Shown: one piece after another, positions 13,454 to 27,292 of the stretch | Layout of the letters: every line of letters starts with the position of its first letter | How positions within the stretch are numbered: the stretch's first letter is position 1 | Source: Octopus sinensis | Taxonomy: Eukaryota | NCBI RefSeq assembly: GCF_006345805.1 | Contig: NC_043004.1 | Location: 57,536,001 to 57,600,000, forward strand | Reading direction: 5' to 3' | Length of the DNA: 64,000 nt | Notes under the pieces: model-generated | The model's input: the letters and a program-made list of their open reading frames with translations, nothing else | The model's database searches: none | What the model was told of the DNA's origin: nothing | Position numbers and translations under genes: made by a program

Positions 13454-15940
13454 ATATGCATGTATCATATATACATGCACACGAACAGACACACAAACAC
13501 ATATTTACAGGTTGTCCTACCGATAAATATCAATCATCTAGGATATCAGTGATTCTTTCATTTCGTTCAAAATGAAATTCCCCACGATGCGGGACAAGGC
13601 TTTACGTTTGAATTCCAGTTAAAACTCATCTGATGGGCTTCAGCAAATTGCCATACACTCATTTGCACTCACTTGAACAACATTTATCATAAATTTAAAT
13701 GCCTATGATGGCACCCAGTGTGTTCTCACTCTTATTGATTATTAATTGGTCTTTCGTCCCTCTGGAAGAGTTTTCTGCTCATCACATAAGAGAACGTTTC
13801 TCATATATGTGTTCATATACTTCTACCGCAATTATTCCTACAACGACATTTCACAATTTGCTCTTCACCATTTTCAAGCTACTCTGTCATATGTTTTATC
13901 CACCGTACTTTATTGTTTTTATAGGATATTTCTCAATTTTCTCCCAGAAACAATTTTCTATTTGATTAAAAGAGATAATTCTTTAAATTGGTTGTTTCTT
14001 TCATTGTGTTTTCTGTATATGGCAGCTTTTGACCTTACTCTCTGTACCAGTTCTTTGACCGTTGTCCCAATTTTTTTATCCTTATCTGAATCATTTCACC
14101 TCAACTACATTTCGTTTCTTTCTTTAACTTACCTTACTACTGAACCCGTTTATTTATAACTATCCTAAAGTTACTAATCATTATTAGTGTCCGTCTTCAA
14201 GGTAATATATTGTTCCTTCTGATACCCTTTCTCACCCATATACTCAATGTATCCTTCACATAAAACGATAGGCTCTGATCTTATCTGAAGGAGATTCAAC
14301 TATCATGAAGTCAACCGACTTAGTAAAATAAACGAACAGCAGCATGTGCAGTGGTTGTAATTGTTATTTACCGTTGTTTGTACATATAGTTAGTGGTGGC
14401 CGCACTTTTGCTACTACAGCTGCTTCGGATGTTGTAAATATCATAAATATGTGTATTGTTATTTTTTATTTCCCCTTCGATGAAGATGCTTTTATTATGC
14501 TGTAATTGCTTCAGTGTTCCCTGTTGACGCTTTGCAATTAGTATTGCGCATGCAGCTATATTTGTGCAGTTTTGTGTGTGTGGCTGTTTGAGAATGCTAT
14601 TATTGCGACAACTTTTATCAATATGGAAGACTTTTTCGTATAGCTTTGTTTTAAACTTCCATTGTTACTATAGCCACGGATACCTGTATAATTGTTAGTT
14701 TCTTATAACGGAGCTACAGCCAACTCTGTTGGTATTGCTTTTATCATTCTTAGTGTTGAATCCTAGACAGCACCTATGATCAAACGTTTCACTGCTATGA
14801 CTAGCTCATGTCTTTACGTCTTTCTGCAGGCTCGGTATATCTAGGAACACATTCTCCAATGCGTCATCTCCTTTTTGAAACGGTAACTTATCACGTTCAA
14901 CGGTAATTTATCACATTTGTAATGCGTCAACAAACGAGGGCAAGGTGGGTACTTTATACATCCTTATATCTGGTGTAACTGTTTTATTTTTCGCAACAGT
15001 TTTTATTGCGTTATTGTTGTTAACGTACTGATGTTGATACTTGTCACTGTAATAATTTCCCAGTCACATATCTAGAAGTTTATCTTTGGCGTGTGGCAGC
15101 CAAGGATTAACAGAAAACTTGCTAAGGAGAGAGTAAAAAAGAAAGCAAAAGATTGAGTAAAGTATAAATAGAGAGAGTGAGAGAGAGAGAAAGGCTGGGT
15201 AATTATTATAGAAATATCCTAAAATCAATTAGAAAATGGTCTGGGAACAATAAAAACATTGAGGAAATGTTAGTAGAAAAATTAAATAAAACAAGGAAGT
15301 GAACGTGGAATGAACGGAAAACTAAAAAGTTAAAAGAACAATAACGGAGGGAAAGGAAATGGAAAGCGAGAAGATTTCGAAAAATTAAGGAGAAATTGGA
15401 ATTATTGAATATGGAGGCAATGCAGGATGAACACATGCAGAAGTAATGACCTTGATGACGATGAAGAAATGCATTATGAAAATGGTGAATGAAAATTTAC
15501 TCACGCTTAAAAAATCGGGGCAACACTCAGTAAAAAAAACCCACATTACATTAGACATCTGACTAAAATTTAGTGACAGATACATTATCCCGGAACAGCA
15601 TGGGATTGAATTTTACAAATTTAGCATTTGGTTAATATTCCTGATTAAAACTATTTAAAGACAAGTGTATTTCTAAAATGAAAACCTTTTCTAGGTACTG
15701 AATATAGACAACCGCTAGATTTCCAAGATTTTAAATTACAAACTATGTTGAGCACTTCATAGTAGAAATGATTAACTTGTAAATACATAAGTTATCAGTG
15801 ACGCTGATTGGAAAATATTCTTGCGCATTAATACTTGAATAACTTTTCTTCTGTGTTAAATACCCTTACTTACGTTTGTTTAAATAAGAGTATGACGAAT
15901 GCCTTTGTAAGATCCCGGAATTATTACAATACAAAGTAAA

Positions 15941-16113
15941 GACGGCTAGCTGGATGAAATACTTAGCAGCATTTCTTCAAATATCACCGGGTTCGACATT
16001 GCCTTTCATCCTTTCAGGATCGACAAAATAAGTATCAATTAAACATTGGGGCCGATCTAATCGGTTTGGTATCTACTCTCGGAATTGCTGGCCTGGTACC
16101 AAAATTTGAAACC
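15941..16113 (+). mobile_element. SINE family A (Meta-domain-like core), degenerate copy
   Basis: gcctttcatcctttcaggatcgacaaaataagta core, as in the 26662 copy. Confidence 0.7.
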
Positions 16114-16927
16114 AATATAGTACAAAACTTATCGCAACCTTGTATTTAACGTGTACAATCTGCATTGTTAAAGAATAACAGTGGAACAAAGTTTGAATGG
16201 AGAAATATATTTACAAAGGGCAAGTGGCATATACTGATGTATATGAGTGATAATGATAATGGTGGTGATGGTTATGGTCTGAAGTGGTTGCAGGCTGTTG
16301 AAGTGGAGCAAAAATATTGAGTAATAGTGTATGTAGTACTGCGTGTATTGTTAATGATAGTGTGATAGAAATGATATCATAAATGATTATGTCGATACAT
16401 GTTTCGATAACTGAAAGTAAAGTAAGAGAAGTTGGACCCCACCCCCCCAAAAAAAAACCAACAAAAGAACCTTATCTAAATGAGAGGGTTCAGTTCAGTA
16501 CATCAGTTATGCTGAATGACGGTGAGAACAAAGGGACATATGGAAATATTTCTATAGTGATTGCTTTCAATGTTTCTATAAAATATGTCTGGAGTCGTTT
16601 AGTACGAATATAAAACAGTAATAATCCATTACTTATGTATATTTTTGCTTTATAGTATGAAATGAGTGTGAAAGCATTTATGTATATATGTGTGTGTGTG
16701 TGTTCGTGTGCATTTGTGATAGATTAAGTATTTTCGCTTAGAATTCAATTTAAAACAAATTGTTACTTATTACATTTCAAACTTGCTATCATATAATTTA
16801 GCGATATGTGGCCGAAATTATAATAAAAGAATACATAGACATATCAGTAAGTGACTGTATACTCTCAGGCACGTATATGCATACGCACACAGATATATCC
16901 AAACATTTAAGCACAAATATAATCACA

Positions 16928-17026
<99 letters not shown>

Positions 17027-17156
17027 GACATATATATACTAAGATATATATAAGTGTATATTGATATATGTGTGCGTGTGTGTGGGAATGTGTATATGTA
17101 CCAATTTCTTATGGGATAGGTTAGTCTTCTGCGCACACTAACATTTTAAGTCATAT

Positions 17157-17220
<64 letters not shown>

Positions 17221-17264
17221 ATATATATATACATACATAAATACATGCACGCATGTGTGTATGG

Positions 17265-17385
17265 AAGAGCGTAGGCTCGAGACGCTAAAGAACTTTTCAC
17301 TTCCCGAGTGTTATACTTATAATGCATCTGTTTGTTGTCTACACCACCTGTCTTCGTCTTGTATTTTTCTGAAAATTCTCCCCAT
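17265..17385 (+). mobile_element. ~110-bp dispersed repeat, probable Penelope-like terminal fragment (copy 2)
   Basis: gaagagcgtaggctcgagacg...cacctgtcttcgtcttgtatttttctg; reverse complement aligns with 9866 and 36100 copies. Confidence 0.55.
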
Positions 17386-17430
17386 ATGTATATACATATG
17401 TATGTATATACATATGTATGTATATATATA

Positions 17431-17491
<61 letters not shown>

Positions 17492-17640
17492 ATATATATA
17501 TAGAGAGAAAGTGTGTGTCGCTGTGTCTGAGATAGAGGGAGGGAGTAAGAGAGAGAGAGGGGGATAGTGATAGCATAGTTTTTTAATTTATTTAGATTTG
17601 TTGCATCTTTCTTAGCGAGTGAGTGTGTGTGCGATTGACT

Positions 17641-17680
<40 letters not shown>

Positions 17681-17966
17681 TGCTGTCATGTATGTTTAAA
17701 AAGGGTAGGATCAGTCACACATGCACACAAACACATAAGTACACCCATTGTCTGCCATATACTGTACATACATGAATATACATTCATACATATGCTTCTC
17801 AGGCAAGACAGAGAGCACCCACCTTCTCTCTCTTTGACAACACCTTTCTCTCTGTCTCCCAGTTAAACACTCACTCACTAAAACACGATGCGAGAAAAAG
17901 TAAATAAAAAAAATTTACGCAATCTCTTCTCTGATGTATATATATACTGATGTATATATATACATC

Positions 17967-19120
17967 GACGGCAGACGAACAGCACACTCTACCTTCAAAT
18001 TGCCTTTCAATGTAGCACATCAAGAAAACACAACATGCTGCATAATGCATTCCTCGGACTAAGCGACAATTTTGAAAAATTGCAAACTCATTGTTTCGGA
18101 TGAAGCAATTATGTCCCATAAATGTTCTCTACAAGCTTTCGTGCCAAAATGAGAAACCTTAGATCAAACAACATCCGTTGGTAGTACGACTCTACTTCTT
18201 GCAGAAGATTTTTCGACAAACTCATTCTATTATACCCAAACGAACACCCACTGATGAACATAATGCCTGCCTTATAAAATCTCTTCTCTGGTTGCATATT
18301 CAATCGAAACAACTCACCACCAACATGAGATCACTCCTATGGACTGGCCAGCCTACAACCCAGTTTACTGAAATGCCAATTAAAATCGGCAATGGACAAA
18401 TTATGTCCGGTGACAACGGATACATTGACACTGCCACCATTGGCCACACTGAATCCAGCCCTGATGACTTATGTTCTGCCGTTTACCGAAATCTTACAAC
18501 AGAATACATAAAACCAGATTGGCTTCGCGACAGGTCTGTTCTTGAATCAACAAATGCAGCTGTCAACACTCTTAACAACTACCTACTCAGTCAGCAACCT
18601 TCACAAGAACGTTATTACAGATCAGTTGACACATCGTTACAGAACTCGATCAAGTTACACAAATTCCAGCAGAATTTCTCAACCTCCCAACATCCTCCAT
18701 GAACATCACTTAAAAGTTGGTTGCCCTGTCATCCTCTTACGCAATCTAAATGCTTCCACACAATGCAATGGAACTCGCCTTGTGGTCAAACAAATGATGG
18801 ACCACTTCATTGAAGCCTAAATTATCACGGGACACGGAAAAAACGATACCGTTTTCATTCCGAAAATTCCGCTAACCCCAACTGACTGCCCCGACACTAT
18901 GTAGAGACTTCAGTTCCTTCTGAAACTCAGCTTCGCCATGACAATTACGAAAGCACAATGTCAGTCTCTGAAAGTAGTGTCACTGGACCTACGAACATCG
19001 TGCTGTTCACATGGACAGTTCTACGTCGGTTGTTCCACAGTCGGTTATCCAGACAACTTATTTATCTATGTTCCTGAAGGAAAAACAAAGAATGTCGTCT
19101 GCAAAGCAGCCCTACAGTAG
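17967..19120 (+). pseudogene. Helitron Rep/Hel PIF1-family helicase domain, frameshifted
   Basis: Across three frames: GRRTAHSTFKLP, CKLIVSDEAIMSHK, FRQT..IIP...DEHNACL.KS.LW...LTTNMR, LKVGCPVILLRNL...CNGTRLVV, FAMTITKAQCQSL..V.LDL....SHGQFYV..S.V, KTKNVV. These are the diagnostic Helitron helicase motifs. Confidence 0.93.
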
Positions 19121-19722
19121 TTATTGCTCTACTGCATTCTTCACATCTACAACAAATTGTAGTTGTTAACAATCAGACTCCCTGCAAGCATTTCATTGAT
19201 ATTTTGCTTCATTTCCCTGATTGCTGTTAACAGTACATTACCTTCAATGACTCTTCTTACTTCACGCACGCTGTTCACTCATAAGCATGTTCTGACATTT
19301 ATTTTTGTACATAGCATCATTCTATTTGTGTGTTTTCTATAAATGTTTGCGTATGTTTATCATACATGACTTTCATTGGAAATAAAGTTTCAATACGGTT
19401 GTGTCAGGCATTACGAGAAAAATAAATACATGATACAAAACGTTTCAAGTAAGATATAGGATCCTTAATGCCTACTGCAATTGCGATCCCATTTCATGGA
19501 CTTTAATTTATTGCTAACTGCCAAATTTGCATTCAAAAGAACTTATTCATTACCTAAGTTTCTTAATACCATATCATAAGCTGCTAACGAACATGGTAAT
19601 TATACATTTTACACTTATCAATTTGAAACGAGTTCTAACTGCGGGATAATTCAACTTAAACCGTCCACAAGAGAGCACCACTATAATAATTACAACGTCC
19701 AAAGCACGGGTGCATTTGCCAG
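17967..19722 (+). mobile_element. Decayed autonomous Helitron, 3' part (helicase + 3' UTR + terminus)
   Basis: PIF1-helicase remnant followed by ~600 bp non-coding DNA, then a degenerate hairpin cgtcc-aaa-gcacg (19696-19708) and CCAG|T (19719-19722) where CTAG|T is expected. Confidence 0.75.
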
Positions 19723-19732
19723 TGTATAAATA

Positions 19733-19782
<50 letters not shown>

Positions 19783-19911
19783 GCAAAACAATTTAGATTC
19801 AAATGAATATGGTACTTAACTTAGATGCACCAGAATTTTTTATGGTATTACCCATAAAATTATGTGGGGTGATGATAACCCAAAAATAAGCAACAAGAAT
19901 GGATCGGTTGT

Positions 19912-19994
19912 TTAGTACAATTGTTTCATACTATAACAATTTATTAAAGCTACAAATATTACAGCAAATATAATGTTAAGTAATCTTCAGCTAA
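19912..19994 (-). ncRNA. Type I hammerhead ribozyme motif (element 1, left arm)
   Basis: Minus strand: TTAG-CTGAAGA-[tTACTTAACA...TGTTAtAGTAt]-GAAA-C-AATT-G-TA-CTAA. Stem I TTAG/CTAA, 9-bp bulged stem II with a T.T mismatch at its base, palindromic CAATTG stem III, GUA site. Confidence 0.7.
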
Positions 19995-20118
19995 TTTCAT
20001 TTGTATTGTTGGAAAGCATATATGGTCTGCTTGGAATCTTGCTTCAAGTTCCTGGAGCTCACATCTATAACTTTATAAGTATATTTACACTCTCTATGTT
20101 TGGAAAACCTATATGAAA

Positions 20119-20198
20119 TTAGCTGAAGATTTAACATTATATTTGCTGTAATATTTGCAGCTTTAATAAATTGTTATAGTATGAAACAATTGTACTAA
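20119..20198 (+). ncRNA. Type I hammerhead ribozyme motif (element 1, right arm; stem II base damaged by 3-nt deletion)
   Basis: CTGAAGA 20123-20129, GAAA 20183-20186, C-AATT-G-TA 20187-20194, CTAA 20195-20198 pairs with TTAG 20119-20122. Confidence 0.6.
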
Positions 20199-20229
20199 AC
20201 TACCGATCCATTCTTGTTGCTTATTTTTT

Positions 20230-20293
<64 letters not shown>

Positions 20294-20415
20294 CATGTGT
20301 GTGTGTGTGTGTGTATATATATGTCTTGATTAGAACTTGCCATCCACCTCACATCACAAGGAGTATTGTACTTAATATAGCGAGTATTTTGCCAACATAT
20401 GTAAACGACAGTGAA

Positions 20416-20447
<32 letters not shown>

Positions 20448-21339
20448 CGAGAGAGAGAGAGGGAGAGAGAAAGGGAGAGAGAGAGTAACTACCGTGAGAC
20501 CTAAATATATTCTTTCAATAACAGAAATATCCCGACAATGTCGTAAATTATTTTATAAACAAGGCAATGGAGATCAAACTCCCTGTGTTAGAGAGAAATC
20601 CTTACAATAAATCCAAAAAGAAATACATAACTATTCCACTTGTTGCAAAAATCCTACAAAACATAACATATTACACTCACACTCCAATTTCACACCAATT
20701 ATCAAAATTAAAAAAATCATTTAATAACAAATTATTAACAGCTGATGACAACCACTAAATTTTATACGACTCTTCAGAAAACCGAAATTTGCATCTCAAG
20801 AAAAATGATATGGTTAAGAATAGATGGATAACTCTGTTGTAGGACATGTGATTTAATCGAATATGTCAAAACCAAAAATATGATAATGGGAAAGAATTGA
20901 AGTAAATACAAATATGAACAGCAAGCAAAAAGATCGCATTAACAGCATCACATGCACGCAATGCAATGAAAATTGTATCGTCCAAACACGATCAAAATTA
21001 TTAGATCGGGTCAGGAGACATAATCTACTAATGGTTCAGCAATCAACTTTTTATAGATATCGATATAGTGAATATTGAGACATGTACAGATGTACGGAAC
21101 TATCATAAAATTATCAACTACGTAAATCAAAAAAAGTATACTTCAAAACAATTCTAAATGTGAAACTAAATCAGGAATATTCAACAACACTGCTAAAAGT
21201 AACTTCCATACGTGCGTTCGAAAAGCTGAAAATAGTGAAAAGCGCTATTAAAGCTTGGAAACTCCCTTCCATAGGGTTCGTATCGTTCTCCATTTGATTT
21301 TTAGTTATTTCTATATACTTGAAGTTTTCTTCAAATTTG

Positions 21340-21400
<61 letters not shown>

Positions 21401-21427
21401 TTATACATACATACATACATACATACA

Positions 21428-21502
<75 letters not shown>

Positions 21503-21813
21503 CGATATGCATATATACAAAGACACACAGACGCACACACACAAATACACACATACAGCGAGGTATATAGGATTTGACAGAAAACTAGTTGGAGAAATAT
21601 ACACTCGGGAAAATAAGATTAAAAGTAAGAGTGATTTAGGGTTTTAGAGTGATTTAGGAACATTATTCTAAGGTTCAATCTTTCATAATTAAGCCAGAGA
21701 TTTGTAAGAGATTTCAATCGTGATGGCATAAATCGCCCAACTCAATCAGGCAACGTGATGAATCTGACAAAATAATGTAGAATAACAAGCTTTAACTTAG
21801 ATTTTTTAAATGT

Positions 21814-23966
21814 CTTCTCTCTCCATCCGCTCAGTCGAAGTCGACTCTCGGTCACTCGTTGGATCAGTGTCCTCCAGTCAGTTCTATCCTGGGCCGCTTC
21901 TTTCAGATTGGCTATGTCCATTCCGGTATCACTCTTGATAGTGTCAAGCCAGCGGGTTCTTGGTCTTCCTCTCTTGCCATTGACCATTCCGAGCACGATG
22001 TCCTTCTCCAGGGATTTTCTCCGCATAATATGACCGAAATATGCCAATCTATGCTTGGTGATCCTAGCTTCTAGCGACATTTTCGGCCTTATCTGCTTAG
22101 GAACTTCTCCATTGGTGAGCCTCGCTGTCCATAGAATCCGCAAAAGTCTTCTCTAACACCAAAGCTCGAATGCATTAATTCTCTTCTGGTCAGCTTTCTT
22201 TAGTGTCCAGGTCTCGCATCCATATGTTGCTGTTGGGAAGACAATTGCATTCACCAATCTGCATTTGGTAGCGAGTCTGATGTCTCTACTCTTCCAGACC
22301 CTGCTCATGCTGACCATTACCTCTCTGCCTAGAATTATCCACCGTCTTATTTCTGGAGTGCAGTCACCATCTCGATTTATTTTTGAGCCAAGGAAGATGA
22401 AATCATCAACCACTTCAATCTCTTCATTATCGATCTTGATGCTGATGTTTGTTGTGGCTGCTGTTGACATGATCTTCGTTTTCTTAACATTGAGGTACAG
22501 CCCAAATTTCTCACTCTTTTCTTGATCAGCAGGACAAGATCCTCCAGATCCTTACCACTCTCCGCCAGCAGGGTTGTATCATCTGCATAGCGACGGTTAT
22601 TAATATTTCTTCCTCTAATCCTCACTCAAATGCTGCTATCCTCCAGGCCGGCATTCCTCATGACCTTTTCAGTGTACATGTTGAAGGCTGCTGGTGACAG
22701 GATGCAACCTTGCCGAGTGCCTTTTCCAATCTCAAACCAACCAGTGTCGCCATATGATGTCCGTACTGTGGCCTCTTGGTTTTGATAGAGTGATCTAATA
22801 AGCTGGACAAGGTGTAAAGGTGTTCCCATTTCCTCCAGACATTTCCATAACTTGTCATGATCAATGCTGTCAAAGGCTTTTGGAGTAATCGATGAAACAC
22901 ATGTACAGCTTCTTTTGGTATTCTCTTGCCTTTTCCATAATCCACCGTAGGTTGGCGATGTGACCGTGGGTGCCTCTTCCCTTTCTGAAACTAGCTTGCA
23001 CCTCTGGCAATTCTCTCTCAATAGTTGTGTTCAGGCGCTTCTGGATGATTTTAAGGAGAATTTTGCTTACATGGGGGATCAGGGTGATGGTACGGTAGTT
23101 TGCGCAGTCCTTGGTATCTCATTTCTTTGGTATTGGGATGAAAACTGACCTCTTCCATTCCCTTGGCCACTTACAGGTTCTCCATATTCGTTGGCAAAGC
23201 GATGTTAGTGTTTTTATTGGTATTGGCTTGAGTAATTCTAGTGGAATACCATCAGTACCTGGGGCTTTTCGGTTGGCCAGCTGTTTTATTGCCCATACCA
23301 CCTCATCCTCCGGGATGTCTGGCTCCAGTTCTAATTCCAGTGGATTCTCTTCTGCCTGTTCAACGAGGTTGTTCCCTGCATACAACTGTTCAGTGTACTC
23401 TTTCCATCTTTTCCTGATCCCTTCTTGGTCATTTCTCCCTCGGATCTTCATCATTTCTTCCTCGGATGGTTGCTTGTCTGGCCATGAATGCTGTACGGGT
23501 CTTCTTTACATGTTGGTAAAGTTCTCTAATGCTCTCTTTCCTGTATGCCTCCTCTGCCCTTGCACATTCCTCATTCCAGTATTGTTGGAACATTGCATTC
23601 AGGCGCCGCACTTCATCCCTGCTTCTGGCCATCTTTGCTCTCCTTCTCTCTTCTGCTATTGCAATAGTCTCCTCCGAAATACACTTTGCTGATCGTATGG
23701 GTTTCTTGTACAGTACATGTTTCTCTGCTGTTTCAACGACAATTTCCTTCACCTGCTCCCATATTTCTTCTGCTTCTTGATTCTCTTCGATGGTGAGCAG
23801 TTCGAAGCGGTTTCTGATCTCAGCAGCATATGATGGACCGATCTTGCTGGTATCAAATTTCTGGTAAGCGGGTGGTCGCTTGACGCTGCAGAGTCGCATC
23901 TTGATTTTGGCAACCAGAACTTCATGGTCAGATCCACAGTCTTCCCCAGGGAACGTCTTCACAGCA
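21814..23966 (-). mobile_element. 5'-truncated RTE-clade (BovB-like) LINE, ORF disrupted by frameshifts and stops
   Basis: TFPGEDCGSDH (endonuclease end), KAPGTDGIP, RSVFIPIPKK, YSKAFDSIDH, GTRQGCILSP, RYADDTTLLAES (RT), FIFLGSKI, TYGCETWTL, YFGHIMRR, GKRGRPRTRW...AQDRTDWR; short 3' tail near 21814. Confidence 0.97.
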
Positions 23967-24541
23967 GTTCATTTCGCTTCTTTTATCTCTCATTATCTTT
24001 TCTTGAATTATTGACGAAGTTCCCTCTTCATACTCGGAACAGCAACAAAAAAAAAAAACATCCACCACACATTTCTCATTGGAGAATATAGTTTTAAAGT
24101 CAGTAAGAAATAAAAGATTTGATGGTCGAGATTCAATAGTTTTGTATTTGGTCGAGGCCAAAGAGGGAGCGGGTACTCTGTCATTCTACCTGTTAGAAAT
24201 AGCAGCCGAATAACCCTAATATCACATCTATAGTGTTAGAATGGAGAATCACATTGGATAATGTAGATTTACAAGACGGGATGTTAATGATTGTGGTTAA
24301 CAATAAAGGATAACATATATCAAGTGACTAATTGTACTTATATGAAGGAAGAATTTACGGTATATAGCAAAGTAATTTTGATTTCATTAATTAAATTCTG
24401 ATAAATACATTACTTATGAAAAAATGGATAATCTGGTAGACTTAGTACAATGGACGTGATAATTTTTCACTATTTGTTCTACCTCCTTACGTTCGCGTAC
24501 AATTCCTGTTGAGGTAATGTTCGCCTTTCCCTTTTAGGATA

Positions 24542-24748
24542 GGGAGCTGGCAGAATTTTAGTACTCCAGGCAAAACGCTTAGCGACATTTCGCCCGTCTT
24601 TACATTCTGAGTTTAAATTTTACCAAGCTCCACTTTGCCTTTCACTCCTTCAGTGTCGAGAAAATAATTACCAGTTGAGTACTGGGGTGAATGTAATCAG
24701 TTAGCCCCTCCTCAAAACTGGTGGCCTTGTGCAAAAATTTGAAGTCAG
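24542..24748 (+). mobile_element. SINE family A copy
   Basis: gagctggcagaa...cttagcgacatttcg...ctgagtttaaatt...ctttgcctttca...taccagttgagtactgggg. Confidence 0.8.
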
Positions 24749-24834
24749 TATGTAACTTACGAAGGTTTTACTTTACTACGTGGAAATTCATAAATTAAAA
24801 CTTAAATTTAGTAACAAAATAATTTCTTTTGTGT

Positions 24835-25030
24835 GCGGTTGACTGGTAGAAATTTGTTAGCATCGAACAAAATGCATTCTTGTAATTATTTCAGTTGTAT
24901 GTTCTTGAGTTCAAATACCGCGGAGGTTAAATTTTACTTTAATCCTTCTAGAGTCAATTAAACAAAGCACCAGGTCGATTTAATCGATTAACCACTTTTA
25001 TCAAATTTCTGACCTGTAGTGGAAAAAATT
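24835..25030 (+). mobile_element. SINE family A copy, degenerate
   Basis: ttgagttcaaataccgcggaggttaaattttactttaatccttctagagtc core. Confidence 0.65.
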
Positions 25031-26661
25031 CATTAATAAAATTAATATTAATTATTATTCTAGAAACGGAGGAATTTTTAGTGTGTAGAAAAATGCTTTA
25101 CTCTTTACATTCAATGTTCAACTTGAATCGGAGGAATTAAAGGGATTTTGGCTAATCTAAATTCATGACGTTGGAATATTTTCTTGGAGTTTCTATGTGA
25201 GGAATATATAGTCAACATATGTAGAATAGTATAAGTAATTTCAGTGTTATAATATTTTAATTACAGTGATTTTATAATACAATATTCTAATCTTGTGCTG
25301 TATTTTTCATCAGTATCTCGGAAAATATTCTGACATAAACTCATCACAGACGAGATCTAATACAATAGAAACGTGTTAGCAGTTGTTTACTGTATAAAGT
25401 AAAAGTATAAAATAACAGTGGTTATTTATCAAACAGATTTTTCTCAGTCACTGCATGATATAAATCAACTCTAATTGAACTATTGTATCTGACATGAATG
25501 ATGCCATACATACATACGTACATACCAAGACGTGTATACTTACATGCATACAGATACTCATACACGTAGACATACACGCATACAGACACGCACGCATGCA
25601 CACACGCGTACATTCTCATACACACACACACACACACACACACAGAAAAACTCACGCACACAAAAATATAGTAGGACATTACTCGTATTAATTTTTGAAT
25701 AATTTGTTCTTAAGAAATAGGTGAATACCTGCTATTGTGTTACCTGGAATGTAATTTTAAAGTTACGTATTGATCAATGATGTTTAAACTTCCGGTTCCG
25801 CTTGTGCTACTTTTCCAATTAGTATTTTAAACTGCATATCGTAAGATGTTTTCAATGAAATTCAAATTATCGTGATTTTTAATATTCTGATATCAAGAGA
25901 AGCAATATCAATAATATTAATGAAAAAACAAACAAACAAAAGAAAAAATAATAATTGCAGTAGGTGAATAATTTCTTGGCACGTTAAAGTTTTTTCAATA
26001 TTGTGGAAATTGTTCTTATTTTAATTTCCTGGGGGTATTTCATAGGAAGTGTAATAAAATTCAAATTAACAATGTTTAATCAACAGCACTCATGCTACAT
26101 GCAACTATACTAATTATCGGTAATTGTAGCGCCTCAAGTATTTCAAAGATATTATCCCAGAGGTTTTCATTTTAGGGCAATACAAAAATATATTCTTTGT
26201 TAGTAAGTTTTAATTAGAATTTTGTTTTCGTTAATAAAAGTTTAAAAGAATAAATTCAAACTCGTAGCGAAGTGCAATATATATATATATCTATATATAT
26301 ATATATATATATACATACTCTATTTTACATATTGAAGATTTATATTATATAAGGTGATGTTTTCCAGTGGTCAAATAATACATCTAGTTTACGAAGTAAT
26401 ATTTTTTATCCAATGACAGAAAACAATTATACACCATGATGTTTGTAAGGAGTGTAACAGTAGCAAATCATGAAGATAAGAACATGGTGTGGGTGGATGC
26501 GACTGTCACATGACTAGGTGAGTGTTTTTCAAACAGCCGCAGATCAACGATATTAACCATGATTGAATAGACATTTATTCAAAAGTATTCCTTTCGTACA
26601 GATCATTTAGTTTTGCCAGAGAATAAGTAATATGTATTTTCATCATTTGAAGGTAAAACAA

Positions 26662-26875
26662 GGCGGCGAGCTGGCAGGACCATTAGCACGCCGGGCGAAA
26701 CGCTAATTGGTATTTCGTTTGTCTTTACGTTCTGAGTTCAAATTCCGCCGAGGTCGACTTTGTTTTTCATCCTTTCGGGGCCGATAAATTAAGTACCAGT
26801 TGCGTAATGGAGTCGATCTAATCGATTGGCCAGCTCCCTCCAAATTTCGGGCCCTGTGCTTAGAGTAGAACAATT
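26662..26875 (+). mobile_element. Full-length SINE family A (Meta-domain-like) with perfect 17-bp target-site duplication
   Basis: TSD atttgaaggtaaaacaa at 26645-26661 and 26876-26892; core gaggtcgactttgtttttcatcctttcggggccgataaattaagtacc. Confidence 0.92.
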
Positions 26876-27292
26876 ATTTGAAGGTAAAACAATCTGAGAC
26901 AGATTTGGCTGTTGTTATTAGCAACTTATGCCCGTAAATGAAATTTTCTATTCCCCCAATGAAATACGAGTAAAATTTGTACAATTAAATGAAACAAAAG
27001 ACAATGTTCGGACACTTGACGCGATTGAAGAGAGAGAATTATGCTAATGTGCAAGAAACTTAAAACATGGCAAAATATACTACAGTACATTAAAATTTGA
27101 AGTTAAGTAAGCTATTTGTTGCATGTTAAAAGAATTCACTCTCTTAGACTCTCTCTCTCTCATTTTTCTCTCTCTGTATATCTTTATATATAAAAGAGAA
27201 GTGTGTGTCTGTCTCCTACGATTTAGATTCCTAACTACTCCCACATTTTGCGGTGCAGTGTAACCAAAAGCGGGTATCTTATAGTCGTGATT

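Larger units (their letters stand above)
19783..20231. mobile_element. Fold-back element 1: inverted arms 19880-20000 / 20113-20231, 112-bp spacer, flanked by (TA)n; Penelope-terminus-like
   Basis: Arms (121/119 bp) differ by 2 internal substitutions, a 3-nt indel and about 1 nt at the outer edge. Each arm holds a hammerhead core. Confidence 0.85.

Noticed and set aside
15200-15600. Purine-rich, K/E-coding-looking stretch (and its pyrimidine-rich analogue at 13880-14260)
   Set aside because: Stops in all frames and no recognisable motif; possibly ancient TE debris.
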